DNA of 64,000 nt from the NCBI GenBank assembly GCA_046758745.1, contig JBHIAV010000006.1:23468-87467 (forward strand). The letters are read 5' to 3'. The translations under genes were made by a program, and so were the position numbers. The notes beneath the pieces are model-generated. The model was not told the origin of the DNA, made no database searches, and was given only the letters and a program-made list of their open reading frames with translations. Origin of the DNA: Gemmatimonadota bacterium (GTDB lineage: Bacteria; Gemmatimonadota; Gemmatimonadetes; Palauibacterales; Palauibacteraceae). Positions 11,150 through 20,348 of this stretch are shown here, piece by piece (positions within the stretch are counted from its first letter, which is position 1; each line of letters begins with the position of its first letter).

Positions 11150-12577
11150 ATGCCACGCGGAGCACTCCTCTCCTTCTGCTTCGCTGCATCGCTGATCGCC
11201 GCCGCGCCCGTCCCGGCGGCCCAGGCTGCCGTGCAGGCAGCCGATCGAGGGCCCGCGAGGATCGCCATAGACCGGTGGCTCGTCTCGGGGGCTTTCGAAG
11301 CCGACACCGGTCCGTCTCCCCTGTCGGTGGACTACCTCAGGGGAGGCGAGCCGGACATCCTACCGGACAGGGGACGCGAGGCCGGGTCGACCCGGTGGAC
11401 GCTCGTCCGGCAGGACTCGGCCGACCTCTTCTCCCTCGACTCGATCCTCGGCGAGCGGCCGGCGCGCGCCGTCGCTTACGCGCACGCCTATCTCCGCTCG
11501 CCCTCCGAACGGACCGTCCGCCTCCTCCCGCGGGGGCCGGACTGCGGCGATGTGGATGTCCGACTGAACGGACAGCCGCTCGGCGAGGCCCGCTCCTCCG
11601 CAGACACGATCGACGTGAGGCTGGCCTTCGGATGGAACACCCTTCTCCTCGAGGTTCTGGGCGGCGACTGCGCCTACACCTTCGGGGCCCGGCTCCTGGC
11701 GGGGATCGACGGCCTCGACGAAGTTCGGGTCCAGGCCTCGCGTCCGCCCGGCGACGCACGGGCCTTTCCGGCGCCATCCCTGACGGTCCCTCCGCTCCTG
11801 GAGATAGAGCCGTCGCTCGCCTGGCAGGCCGACGAGCTGCTCGCGAGGCTCGCCCTCCCGCTCACCGCTTGGGGGAGCGGCCCGATCGACAGCGTGCGCA
11901 TCCGATTCCGTTTGGGAGGTACCGACGAGAGATCGGTCGCCCGGGACCTCCGGCCGGCGACCGTGACCAGCCTGGCCTTCATTCTCCCCTTCGACGCCCT
12001 TCGGAAGGGGGCCCTCCAGGCGGAGGCCGTTCGACTCGACCTCCGCTGGGGGCGTGACAAGGCCGAGCCGAGCGTCTCCATCGCCCCCGAATCGCTCCTG
12101 CGAACGGTTCACGCGCCGATCCGACTCGTCGGCTGGGGACCGGGGGCGGTGGAGACGGCAGCGCGGAGCAGCGAAGCACCGGGCGACCCACCCCTCCCCA
12201 CCGGAAGCGGGGTCGCCGTCGGCGGAAAGTGGAAGGTGCCGCGAGAGCTGGCGGGGTTCACCCTGCTTCTGGACGCCGGAGGCGCTCCCGGCTCCTACCG
12301 GCTCGGAAGCGGGCAGTCCGTCACGCCGGACACGCTCCTCACGCTGTGCCGCGGGTGCCGCCGCGGCCAGGAGATCTCCATCCACGCGACCTCGTCCGCG
12401 GCCTGGAGCTCATACCCGACCGTGCGGGTCGCCGAGCCGGGGTACCCCGCCGCGGCCGACGCGGCCGAAGCGCCGGACGCGCAGACATGGCTTCGGGCGC
12501 TCGGCGAGAAGAGAAACGAGCGCTACCTCGAGCTCTCCGCCCGCTTCGGGAGAGAGACCGCGGCGGAGGGAGGATGA
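11150..12577 (+). CDS. hypothetical secreted protein
   Basis: ATG preceded by GGAGGAgccga. N-terminal signal peptide (LLSFCFAASLIAAAPVPAAQA). Normal amino-acid composition, whereas the opposite strand gives only Arg/Gly/Pro-rich junk. No family recognised. Confidence 0.5.
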   Translation: MPRGALLSFCFAASLIAAAPVPAAQAAVQAADRGPARIAIDRWLVSGAFEADTGPSPLSVDYLRGGEPDILPDRGREAGSTRWTLVRQDSADLFSLDSILGERPARAVAYAHAYLRSPSERTVRLLPRGPDCGDVDVRLNGQPLGEARSSADTIDVRLAFGWNTLLLEVLGGDCAYTFGARLLAGIDGLDEVRVQASRPPGDARAFPAPSLTVPPLLEIEPSLAWQADELLARLALPLTAWGSGPIDSVRIRFRLGGTDERSVARDLRPATVTSLAFILPFDALRKGALQAEAVRLDLRWGRDKAEPSVSIAPESLLRTVHAPIRLVGWGPGAVETAARSSEAPGDPPLPTGSGVAVGGKWKVPRELAGFTLLLDAGGAPGSYRLGSGQSVTPDTLLTLCRGCRRGQEISIHATSSAAWSSYPTVRVAEPGYPAAADAAEAPDAQTWLRALGEKRNERYLELSARFGRETAAEGG

Positions 12578-13632
12578 TGAGGGGGGGCCGAGCGGTCTGG
12601 CGCGCGGCGTCGATCTCCCTCCGACCGACCCTCTCGAGGGCCTGTCTCTCGCCGGGCCCGCGCCCGGCGGCACTCTCCTCTCTCCTCGCCGTCTCCCTGG
12701 CGGCGTTCGGCGGCGGGTGCAGCGGCGGCGCGGTGCAGGTACCGCCCCGCGATAGCGGCTGCGGGGATGCGCGGCGGTTGGCCGCACTCCCGCCGGAGCT
12801 CAAGGAGGCCTCCGGGATGATCCGAGACCCGCGACGCGAAGACCTCTTCTGGCTGCACAACGACAGCGACAACGACCCGGCCCTGTACCTCGTCGACGTG
12901 GAAGGACACCTCGTGATGTCCGTCGAGGTCAGCGGCGGCACGAACGAGGATCCCGAGGATCTCGCGCTGGCCGAGTGCGGCGATCGCTGGTGCCTCTACC
13001 TCGGCGACATCGGCGACAACTTCGGGCGGCGGCGTGAGATCTTCGTCCACCGCATCCTCCTCCCGCCCCTTCCGACGGAGGCCGGAAGGCGGGGGGGATC
13101 GTCGCCATCGAGCTACGGAGTCGGCTCGGTGCCCCGCGGCGAGGTCGCCGTGGAGCGCAGCTTCCGCCTCCGGTACCCGGACGGTCCACGGGACGCCGAA
13201 TCGATGATCATCGACGAGCGTACGGGCCAGCTGATCCTCATCTCGAAAGGGCGGGAGGGGAGGGTGTCGATGTACGCGGCACGGCTGGACGCCGAAGGGG
13301 AGGAACCGATAACCCTGCGGCGGATCGGTTCCCTGCGCATCCCCATCGGCCGCAGCACGAGCCAGTACCTGACGGCGGCGGATCTGTCGGCGGACGGGCG
13401 GCAGCTGGCGGTGCGCAGCTACACGACGATCTTCCTCTTCCGGTGGCCGGGTCTGAGCGCGTTCGACACGACCGCCGTACCGGCGGCCGTCTCCCTCGCC
13501 GCTGCGGCCGAGCCCCAGGGCGAGGGGCTCACCTTCGCGGCCGACTACGGCCTCATCTATCTGGCGAGCGAGGGCCGGCTCGGGCGGCCGCAGCAGCTCA
13601 GCGTGGTGAGCTGCCCGGCGCGTCGTCCCTGA
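12574..13632 (+). CDS. hypothetical lipoprotein (possible beta-propeller fold)
   Basis: ATGATG start overlaps the upstream stop (ATGA), with GAGGGAGG just upstream. Signal peptide with lipobox LAAFGGGC. Motifs HNDSDND and YLGDIGDN. Confidence 0.5.
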   Translation: MMRGGRAVWRAASISLRPTLSRACLSPGPRPAALSSLLAVSLAAFGGGCSGGAVQVPPRDSGCGDARRLAALPPELKEASGMIRDPRREDLFWLHNDSDNDPALYLVDVEGHLVMSVEVSGGTNEDPEDLALAECGDRWCLYLGDIGDNFGRRREIFVHRILLPPLPTEAGRRGGSSPSSYGVGSVPRGEVAVERSFRLRYPDGPRDAESMIIDERTGQLILISKGREGRVSMYAARLDAEGEEPITLRRIGSLRIPIGRSTSQYLTAADLSADGRQLAVRSYTTIFLFRWPGLSAFDTTAVPAAVSLAAAAEPQGEGLTFAADYGLIYLASEGRLGRPQQLSVVSCPARRP

Positions 13633-13635
13633 TCC

Positions 13636-14106
13636 TCAGCCGAACAACGTCGTCTGGTCGTCGCCCGGCTCGGAGACGCCGCGCTCCTCGCTCCCGACAC
13701 CCTCCTCTCCCGGCGGGGAGCTGCCGCGGCCCCCGCTCCGAGCGTCCTCGCCGCCGGAGTCGGAGGCGCCGGCGCCGGTCGGGTCCGGCGTGGGGCCCGC
13801 CGGGGACTCGGACGCCCGGTTCGCTGCCTCGGGCGGCCGGTCCGCTGCCGCGGGTGACGAGGGGGCGGAAACGGACGCTCCGGACCCGCGCGGGCCCGGC
13901 GGCGGCGGGGTCGGCGGCGGAGGGGAGCTCCCGAGACGCTCCGCCTCCTCCAGCTCGCGCTGGATCTCGTTCAGGCTGCGCCGGAACTCCCGCATCGCCC
14001 GGCCGAGGGAACGGGCGATCTCGGGAAGCCGCCGGGGCCCGAAGAATATGAGGATGATGACGGCGATCACGAGCATCTCGGAAAGCCCGAGGGTCCCGAT
14101 ACCCAT
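13636..14106 (-). CDS. tatA: twin-arginine translocase TatA/E family protein with long Pro/Gly-rich tail
   Basis: N-terminus MGIGTLGLSEMLVIAVIILIFFGPRRLPEIARSLGRAMREFRRS matches the TatA TM plus amphipathic helix. Confidence 0.8.
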   Translation of the reverse strand: MGIGTLGLSEMLVIAVIILIFFGPRRLPEIARSLGRAMREFRRSLNEIQRELEEAERLGSSPPPPTPPPPGPRGSGASVSAPSSPAAADRPPEAANRASESPAGPTPDPTGAGASDSGGEDARSGGRGSSPPGEEGVGSEERGVSEPGDDQTTLFG

Positions 14107-14179
14107 CAGCCACTTCCCGCGGAAGGCGAGCCCACCTGATCCGCGGTTGCAACGGGGACGGCAACCGGCCGGGAACCGG

Positions 14180-14728
14180 TCAGCCGGTGAGGGCCCGCAA
14201 CACCTCCTCGCCGTAGAACATGCGGATGTACTTCGCCTGGATCGGCGTGATGCGCCGCACCGCCCACACGAGCTCGACGTCGTTCGGCGCTCGAGGCATG
14301 GCGATCGGGCGCATGCCGCTCTCCTCGGGAAGGCGGCTGCCCTTCCGGAGATTGCACTTGCTGCATGCGGTGACGACGTTCAACCATCCGTTGTCGCCGC
14401 CCTGAGAGAGCGGCACGATGTGGTCGCGGGTGAGGGATTCCCGGTAACCGAGCTGACGCCGGTGCCGCCCGCAGTACTGGCATCGGTACCCATCGCGCGC
14501 GAACAGGAAGGTGTTGGTCACCTGCCGGCGGAATCTCCGCGGCACGTGGATGTAGCGGACCAGGCGGATGACGACGGGTGCGGCGAAGTGACACCACTCG
14601 GAGCGGAAAGGCCGATCGGCGTCGACCTCCAGCGCCTCCGCCTTTCGGTCTATCACCAGCCTGAGAGCGCGGCGGACCGGAATGATGGTGAGCGGCTCGT
14701 ACGACGCGTTGAGCGCGAGACACCCCAT
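14180..14728 (-). CDS. HNH endonuclease (McrA-like)
   Basis: HNH motif CQYCG...DHIVPLSQGGDNGWLNVVTACSKCN. Start placed at MGCLALNASYEPL, with GGAGGTG 8 nt upstream, because the longer ATG would overlap priA. Confidence 0.75.
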   Translation of the reverse strand: MGCLALNASYEPLTIIPVRRALRLVIDRKAEALEVDADRPFRSEWCHFAAPVVIRLVRYIHVPRRFRRQVTNTFLFARDGYRCQYCGRHRRQLGYRESLTRDHIVPLSQGGDNGWLNVVTACSKCNLRKGSRLPEESGMRPIAMPRAPNDVELVWAVRRITPIQAKYIRMFYGEEVLRALTG

Positions 14729-14753
14729 GTAACGTCCCACCTCCTGTTCCGAG

Positions 14754-17387
14754 GTGGAGTCTAGGGCGCTTCGGCGCGCAAAGTCAAGCATGTCAGGGAA
14801 TAGCGGCATCCAGACTCAGGTCGGACAGGACACCGCGGCTGCGGCACGGACCGGCCGGCAGCGTGTCGCCCAGGGTGGGCTAACGTCTGGCGCCGCAGAG
14901 CTTTACTGCCACGTCGCGCTGCCGCGGCCCGTGCGGCAGACGTTCGCCTACCGGCTCCCGCCCGCCCTGGCCGCATCTGCCCGTCCCGGGATGCGCGTGG
15001 TCGTGCCGTTCGGCCACGGACGGCTCGTCGGATGCATCGACCGCCTCGCGGATCGGCCGGGACGAGGGGAGACGCGGGACGTGCTGGATCTCCTGGACCC
15101 GGAGCCGATTCTCTCCGAGCCGCTGCTCGAGCTGTGCCGGTGGTTGGCCGACTACTACGTGGCTCCCCCCGGCATGGTCCTGCGGGCAGCTCTTCCCCCG
15201 GGCCTGTTCAGCGAGTCGGCGCTCCGAATCGAGCTGCTCGACCGGCCCGCCCGCCCGGAGAACCTCACGACGACCGAGGGCCGGATCCTCGAGCGTCTTG
15301 AGCGGGCCGCCGGCCCCCTGCGCGCTGCCACACTCCGCCGGGAGCTCGGACTCACGGCGATCGGCCCGACGCTGCGCAAGATGGTGGAGCGCGGCCTCAT
15401 CTCGGTCGACGAGGAGCCGCCCCAGCCCGAAGCCCGCCCGCTGCGACGACAGGTGGTGCGTCTCACCCGTTCCCTGCCGACCCTCCTGGCGCGTGAGAAG
15501 GCCTTCGGAAGGGCGAGGCGGCAGCGAGACGCATACGAGACGCTGGAGGCCCTGGGTGGGGAATCCACCGTCTCGCACATGGAGCGGCAGCTCGGCTTCA
15601 GCCGAGCCGTGCTCGCTGGTCTGGTCGAGCGGGGGGTGGCGGAGCTCAGGGAAGAGACCGTGGGCCGCGACCCTTTCGCCGAAGGCGCGCCTTCGATGGA
15701 GCCGGGGCCGGCGCCGATCCCGACGCCACGACAGGCCGAGGTGACCCTCGCCCTGCGCGAACAGGCGGACTCGAGCGACCCTGGCGTGGCGCTGCTCAGA
15801 GGGGTTACGGGGTCGGGGAAGACCCTCGTTTACCTGGAGCTGCTCGATGGCCTGCTGGAGTGCGGCCGCTCGGCGATCGTCCTCGTGCCGGAGATCTCGC
15901 TCACACCACAGACGGTGAGCCGATTCCGGGCTCGGTTCGGGGAGGCGGCCGCGCTCCTCCACTCCGGCCTCTCGGACGGCGAGCGGTACGATGAATGGAG
16001 GGCGTTGCGCTCGGGGCGAAAGCGGCTCGTCGTCGGAACGCGCTCCGCCGTCTTCGCGCCGGTCCGCGAGCTCGGCGCGATCATCCTCGACGAGGAGCAC
16101 GACGGGAGCTACAAGCAGTCGGAGACCCCGCGCTACCACGCACGCGCGGTCGCGGCCATGCGGTGCCGCCTGGAAGGGGCGCTGTGTCTCCTCGGCTCGG
16201 CGACTCCATCGCTCGAGAGCTGGGCCCACTCGCTGGCCGGTCGCTACCGGCTGTACGAGCTGCCCGACCGCGTCACCGGCCAACCGTTGCCGCGGGTGGA
16301 GCTGGTGGACATGAGAGACGAGCGGGAGGCCCTCGCCGCCGGAGCGCCCGGCGGAGGAGTCACGGAGGGGGCGACCGCCTTCCCCGTCGTTCTCTCCGCA
16401 CGTCTCCGGAGCGCCCTCGCCGCACGGCTGGCGCGAGGAGAGCAGACGATCCTCCTCCTCAACCGTCGCGGCTTTTCCACCTTTCTCCAGTGCCCGGCGT
16501 GCGGGAAGGTGTGGAGCTGCCGGAGGTGCAACGTGTCGCTCACGCACCACCGCCGGCCCCCGCGGCTCCTGTGCCACCACTGTGCCTTCGAGACGGCCGT
16601 TCCCGAGCGCTGCGACGAATGCGGCGCCGAGGACGTCTCGTTCACCGGCCTCGGGACCGAGCAGGTGGAGGCGCGGATCGGCGAAGAGTTCCCCGACGCC
16701 CGCGTGGCGCGGATGGACGTGGACACGACGCGGCGCAAGGACTCGCACCGGATGATCCTGGAGCGGGTGCGGCAAGGAAAGATCGACATCCTTCTCGGCA
16801 CCCAGATGATCGCGAAAGGCCTCGACTTCCCCGAGGTCACGCTGGTGGGCGTGATCAACGCGGACGTCGGCCTGAACCTGCCGGACTTTCGCGCCAGCGA
16901 GCGGACCTTCCAGCTCCTCGCTCAGGTGGCCGGGCGGGCGGGACGCGGGCGTGAGCCCGGCGAGGTGCTGGTGCAGACGTCCCGTCCCGGGCACGCGGCC
17001 CTGCGCACGGCCGCCGCGCAGGACTTCGTCGGTTTCGCCGAGCTCGAGCTCGCGGAGCGACGGGAGGCCGGCTATCCCCCTTACCGGCGGCTCGCCAACC
17101 TCGTGGTCAGCGGCAGGAGCGAAGAGGCGGTGGCGGAAGCGGCGCTGCGCGCCGCCGACTGGACACACGGGCTCATCGAGGACCGCCGGCTCGTGGGGAT
17201 CGACCTGCTGGGCCCGGCGCCCTGCCCGATCGACCGTCTGCGGGGCCGCTACCGGTGGCACTTCCTCCTCAAGGCCGACAGAGCGGCCGTTCTCGGCACG
17301 GTGCTCCGCTACCTCGCACGGGAGTTGGGGCGGCCGGTGGGCGGCCTGCGGCTCGAGATAGACCGAGATCCCGAAGCGCTGCTGTAG
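14754..17387 (+). CDS. priA: primosomal protein N' (replication restart helicase PriA)
   Basis: DEAH helicase motifs (GVTGSGKT, DEEHD), the Cys4 zinc motifs CPACG...CRRC and CHHCAF...CDECG, and a C-terminal domain. The conserved N-terminus (HVALPRPV...) lies about 45 codons after the GTG at 14754. The exact start is uncertain (alternative ATG at 14790). Confidence 0.85.
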   Translation: MESRALRRAKSSMSGNSGIQTQVGQDTAAAARTGRQRVAQGGLTSGAAELYCHVALPRPVRQTFAYRLPPALAASARPGMRVVVPFGHGRLVGCIDRLADRPGRGETRDVLDLLDPEPILSEPLLELCRWLADYYVAPPGMVLRAALPPGLFSESALRIELLDRPARPENLTTTEGRILERLERAAGPLRAATLRRELGLTAIGPTLRKMVERGLISVDEEPPQPEARPLRRQVVRLTRSLPTLLAREKAFGRARRQRDAYETLEALGGESTVSHMERQLGFSRAVLAGLVERGVAELREETVGRDPFAEGAPSMEPGPAPIPTPRQAEVTLALREQADSSDPGVALLRGVTGSGKTLVYLELLDGLLECGRSAIVLVPEISLTPQTVSRFRARFGEAAALLHSGLSDGERYDEWRALRSGRKRLVVGTRSAVFAPVRELGAIILDEEHDGSYKQSETPRYHARAVAAMRCRLEGALCLLGSATPSLESWAHSLAGRYRLYELPDRVTGQPLPRVELVDMRDEREALAAGAPGGGVTEGATAFPVVLSARLRSALAARLARGEQTILLLNRRGFSTFLQCPACGKVWSCRRCNVSLTHHRRPPRLLCHHCAFETAVPERCDECGAEDVSFTGLGTEQVEARIGEEFPDARVARMDVDTTRRKDSHRMILERVRQGKIDILLGTQMIAKGLDFPEVTLVGVINADVGLNLPDFRASERTFQLLAQVAGRAGRGREPGEVLVQTSRPGHAALRTAAAQDFVGFAELELAERREAGYPPYRRLANLVVSGRSEEAVAEAALRAADWTHGLIEDRRLVGIDLLGPAPCPIDRLRGRYRWHFLLKADRAAVLGTVLRYLARELGRPVGGLRLEIDRDPEALL

Positions 17388-17423
17388 GCCGGGCGGTCCC
17401 CGGCCGCCCTCGAGGCGCTCCCG

Positions 17424-18452
17424 TCAAGCCGCTGGCAGCTCCACCCCGAGCCCCGGCCGGTCGTTAAGCACGATCCGACCGGCGGCGTCGATGCCGGGCC
17501 CGCGGAAAGGATCGTCCTTGAGCAGCGCAGCGCCATCCAGATCTACATAGTCCATGAGCGGAGCGAGGTGCGCCGCCGGTGCGATCCCCAAGGTGCTCTC
17601 GAGCATGCAACCCATCATGACTCGCAGGCCACACGCCCGCGCCGTGTGGATCATGCGGAGCGCCTCCCTCGGTCCCCCACACTTAGCCAGCTTGATGTTG
17701 ATCCCGTCCGTGAGGCCCACGAGCCGCGGGATGTCGCGCGCGACCATGCAGGACTCGTCGAGGATGATCGGCAGAGCCGACCGCTCACGCAGGAAGCGCA
17801 GCCCCTCCACGTCGTCCGGCGGGAGGGGTTGCTCCACGAACTCCACTTCGTAGTCGACCGCCATCGCGATGCGATCCACCGCCTGGCGCGGCGTCCACGC
17901 CGCGTTGGCATCCACTCGCAGCCTCTTCCCGGGCGCCGCGCCCCGAACGGCGGCCAACATCTCCTCATCCCGATCCGTACCCAATTTAATCTTCAGGATC
18001 GGGTAGCTGTCCGCCTCGCGAGCCTTGCGCGCCATCGCCTCCGGTTCATCGATTCCAATGGTAAACGAGCTGAAGGGCGACTGCGCCGGATCGAGCCCCC
18101 ACAGCCGCCATAGCGGCCGGCCGAGCCGCTTTCCCACGAGGTCATGAAGTGCCGCGGAGACCGCGGCGTGGGCGGAGCCGTTACCCCCGAGGGCGGACCG
18201 CAGCTCCCGCTCGAGCACGTCGAGCCCTTCCGGATCGATCGCGCGCTCCACTACGGGCCGGAGTGTCTCCAGGGCCGCCTGCACGGTGGCCGCCGTCTCT
18301 CCGTAGTAGCCGGAAGGATCCGCCTCTCCCCACCCCTCGATCCCGTCCGTCTCGATACGAACCCACACGAGCGTCTCCCGGGTCCGCGTCGAACGGCTGA
18401 TCTCGAACGGATGCCTCGGCTCGACCTCGAACGTCTCCCACCGGATCTTCAC
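17424..18452 (-). CDS. dipeptide epimerase (L-Ala-D/L-Glu epimerase-like, enolase superfamily MLE subgroup)
   Basis: KxK (ILKIKLG), metal ligands in the VDAN / EQP / LDES contexts, and the second catalytic Lys (IKLAKCGG). GTG start overlaps the upstream stop (GTGTGA). Confidence 0.8.
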   Translation of the reverse strand: MKIRWETFEVEPRHPFEISRSTRTRETLVWVRIETDGIEGWGEADPSGYYGETAATVQAALETLRPVVERAIDPEGLDVLERELRSALGGNGSAHAAVSAALHDLVGKRLGRPLWRLWGLDPAQSPFSSFTIGIDEPEAMARKAREADSYPILKIKLGTDRDEEMLAAVRGAAPGKRLRVDANAAWTPRQAVDRIAMAVDYEVEFVEQPLPPDDVEGLRFLRERSALPIILDESCMVARDIPRLVGLTDGINIKLAKCGGPREALRMIHTARACGLRVMMGCMLESTLGIAPAAHLAPLMDYVDLDGAALLKDDPFRGPGIDAAGRIVLNDRPGLGVELPAA

Positions 18453-19159
18453 ACCGAGTCTCCACCCAGCCCGACCAGCCGCACGAAGTCGTACGCCGCC
18501 CACGGCCCCGTGATGTCCATCTTCACCGCTTCGTCGCGCGATTCCCAATCGCCTACGTGCTCCACGAAGCGGATCCACTCGCTTCGCGAGATGAGGAAGG
18601 CCGCGCTGAGGAGCCGCGAGTCGGTCCCCTCGGCGAGGATCCGGGCGGCGCGGGCATGACGACGCAGGTCCTCGTATACATGGCGGGCCATCCCGCGCGT
18701 GGCCTCCGACGGCGAGTCCGACACCACGCAGGAGATATGCAGCCGCAGCTCGTAACAGTCCTCGAAGAAGTCGAGCGCCTCGAGTAATGGTACGCGCTGC
18801 GTCTCCAGGAAGCGCCGCACGGCCGCCTCGTCGCGTGCTCGGAGGCCGAATGGCGCCGGCACGACGCTGCTCCGGCGCAGGAGGTGCGCCACGATCTCCG
18901 CGTGAGCGCGCACGGCGGCCGGGTCCATTTCGGCCGTACCGAACTCGGTCTCGGTCACGGCCGCCGCCAGCTCGCCGGCCTCCACGAGCCGGAAATGCCG
19001 GGAAGGCTGACGCAGGCGGATCGCGTCGAGCGCCTTGTCGGTCCGTCGGTTGCGCACCACCGCATGGACCGCCAGGCCTGCCGGGCGCTCGGCGCTCACA
19101 ACGTCCGCATCCCTCGCGTCTCGCCCGTCCGCCTCCGTCCCCGCGCGTGCCTCACTCAT
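18449..19159 (-). CDS. GvpL/GvpF-family (gas-vesicle-protein-F-like) protein
   Basis: N-terminal AVHAVV and HAEIVAHLL...VVPAPFG pattern, plus the C-terminal motif ITGPWAAYDFV that corresponds to the GvpF/L TGPWPPYSF signature. ATG is embedded in the last codons of the upstream M24 gene. Confidence 0.6.
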   Translation of the reverse strand: MSEARAGTEADGRDARDADVVSAERPAGLAVHAVVRNRRTDKALDAIRLRQPSRHFRLVEAGELAAAVTETEFGTAEMDPAAVRAHAEIVAHLLRRSSVVPAPFGLRARDEAAVRRFLETQRVPLLEALDFFEDCYELRLHISCVVSDSPSEATRGMARHVYEDLRRHARAARILAEGTDSRLLSAAFLISRSEWIRFVEHVGDWESRDEAVKMDITGPWAAYDFVRLVGLGGDSV

Positions 19160-20348
19160 CGACGAGCCATGGCTCCCGTTGGACGGAGGGGGTTGTAACT
19201 TCGGGGCCGTTCGCGCTCAGGTAGACGTTGATCTCCGAGCGAACTCCGAATCGACCATCCAGGTACACACCGGGCTCCACCGAGAAGCCGATGCCTCGTA
19301 CGAGACGTCTATCCTCCCGCGTCTCCACACAGTCGAGGTTGGGGCCGAAACCGTGGTTCACACGATCCATGCCGTGCCCGGTGCGGTGCAGAATGTGTTC
19401 CCCATACCCGTGATCGGCGAGGATCTCGCGCGCCCGTCGGTCCACCTCCGCGCCCGTCGGGCCGGTCTGGCCGTCATACCGATCCGCGATGAACTCCACC
19501 GCTCCATCCCGGGCGCCCCGCACCGCTTCCCAGACCTCGAGGAAGGAGTCGGGCGTCTCCGCGCCGAGCACGCACATCCACGTCTGGTCCGCAAAAACCG
19601 CTTCGGGCAGGCCATCCGTGCGGCCCCACACGTCGATGAGGAGCACGGCTCCAGGGCGCAGGGCGGCGGAGCCGCCGGCCGGCGGCGCGTAGTGCGGCAC
19701 CGCCGAGTTGGCTCCGGCGGCCACGATCACCCCCCCACCCGTCAGCCCGCGGCCTGTCATCTCCGCCTCGATCCAAGCGGAGAGGTCGTGCTCCGTCATG
19801 CGCTCTCCGTTCTTCACCGCCACCGCCGCACGAAGAAACGCGGAGCGGGCCGTCTCCGCCAGCACGGCACCGGCCTCCCTGTTGAGCCGGACCCCCTCCT
19901 CGCCCCATTGCGCATACGTGCGGGAGAGGAGATCGCCGGAGCTGACCACCCTCGCCCCGACGGCGGTGACCAGCTCGACCACGCCGGCCGGCACGTTGTC
20001 GACGAACGGGACCGCGTCTCGCTCGGACACCTCCATCGCCACCGACGCGCAGCCGGCCAGTGCGCCCCGCAGCAGCGCTTCCAGCTCCTCCCACCCGACG
20101 TACGGGAGCAGCTCACCCTCCCACTCCTCCCAGTGCTGCAGCTCGATCCGGTGCGCCAGCGCCATCGGACGGTGGCCGGGTCGGATCAGCACGAACCAGC
20201 GGCGCGAGATCCCCTCCGGCAGACCGACGAGCTCGGCGGCCACGCGGTTGCGCGCCTCCAAGTCATACAGGAGCCAGCCGCCGATGCCGGCCCGCTCGAG
20301 CTCACGCTCCGCCCCGCTCAGAAAAGCCGCGTCGAGTTTGGCCTTCAC
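19152..20348 (-). CDS. M24-family metallopeptidase (Xaa-Pro dipeptidase/aminopeptidase-like)
   Basis: M24B motifs HRTGHGMDRVNHGFGPNL, GIGFSVEPGVYL and GVRSEINVYL. Start chosen at the in-frame GTG with AGAGGA 6 nt upstream, which limits overlap with the HDAC gene. ATG alternatives exist at 20414 and 20471. Confidence 0.75.
   Translation of the reverse strand: MKAKLDAAFLSGAERELERAGIGGWLLYDLEARNRVAAELVGLPEGISRRWFVLIRPGHRPMALAHRIELQHWEEWEGELLPYVGWEELEALLRGALAGCASVAMEVSERDAVPFVDNVPAGVVELVTAVGARVVSSGDLLSRTYAQWGEEGVRLNREAGAVLAETARSAFLRAAVAVKNGERMTEHDLSAWIEAEMTGRGLTGGGVIVAAGANSAVPHYAPPAGGSAALRPGAVLLIDVWGRTDGLPEAVFADQTWMCVLGAETPDSFLEVWEAVRGARDGAVEFIADRYDGQTGPTGAEVDRRAREILADHGYGEHILHRTGHGMDRVNHGFGPNLDCVETREDRRLVRGIGFSVEPGVYLDGRFGVRSEINVYLSANGPEVTTPSVQREPWLVDE

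Noticed and set aside
12229-12573. 5' extension of the 12229..13632 ORF
   Set aside because: Overlaps the preceding secreted-protein gene in another frame. The real start is the ATGATG at 12574 with RBS and lipoprotein signal.
14754-14809. Longer HNH start at ATG 14809
   Set aside because: Would overlap the priA ORF start divergently. The internal ATG at 14728 has a GGAGGTG RBS and yields a typical-length HNH protein.
14880-17261. 793-aa minus-strand ORF
   Set aside because: Antisense shadow of priA. Arg/Gly-rich.
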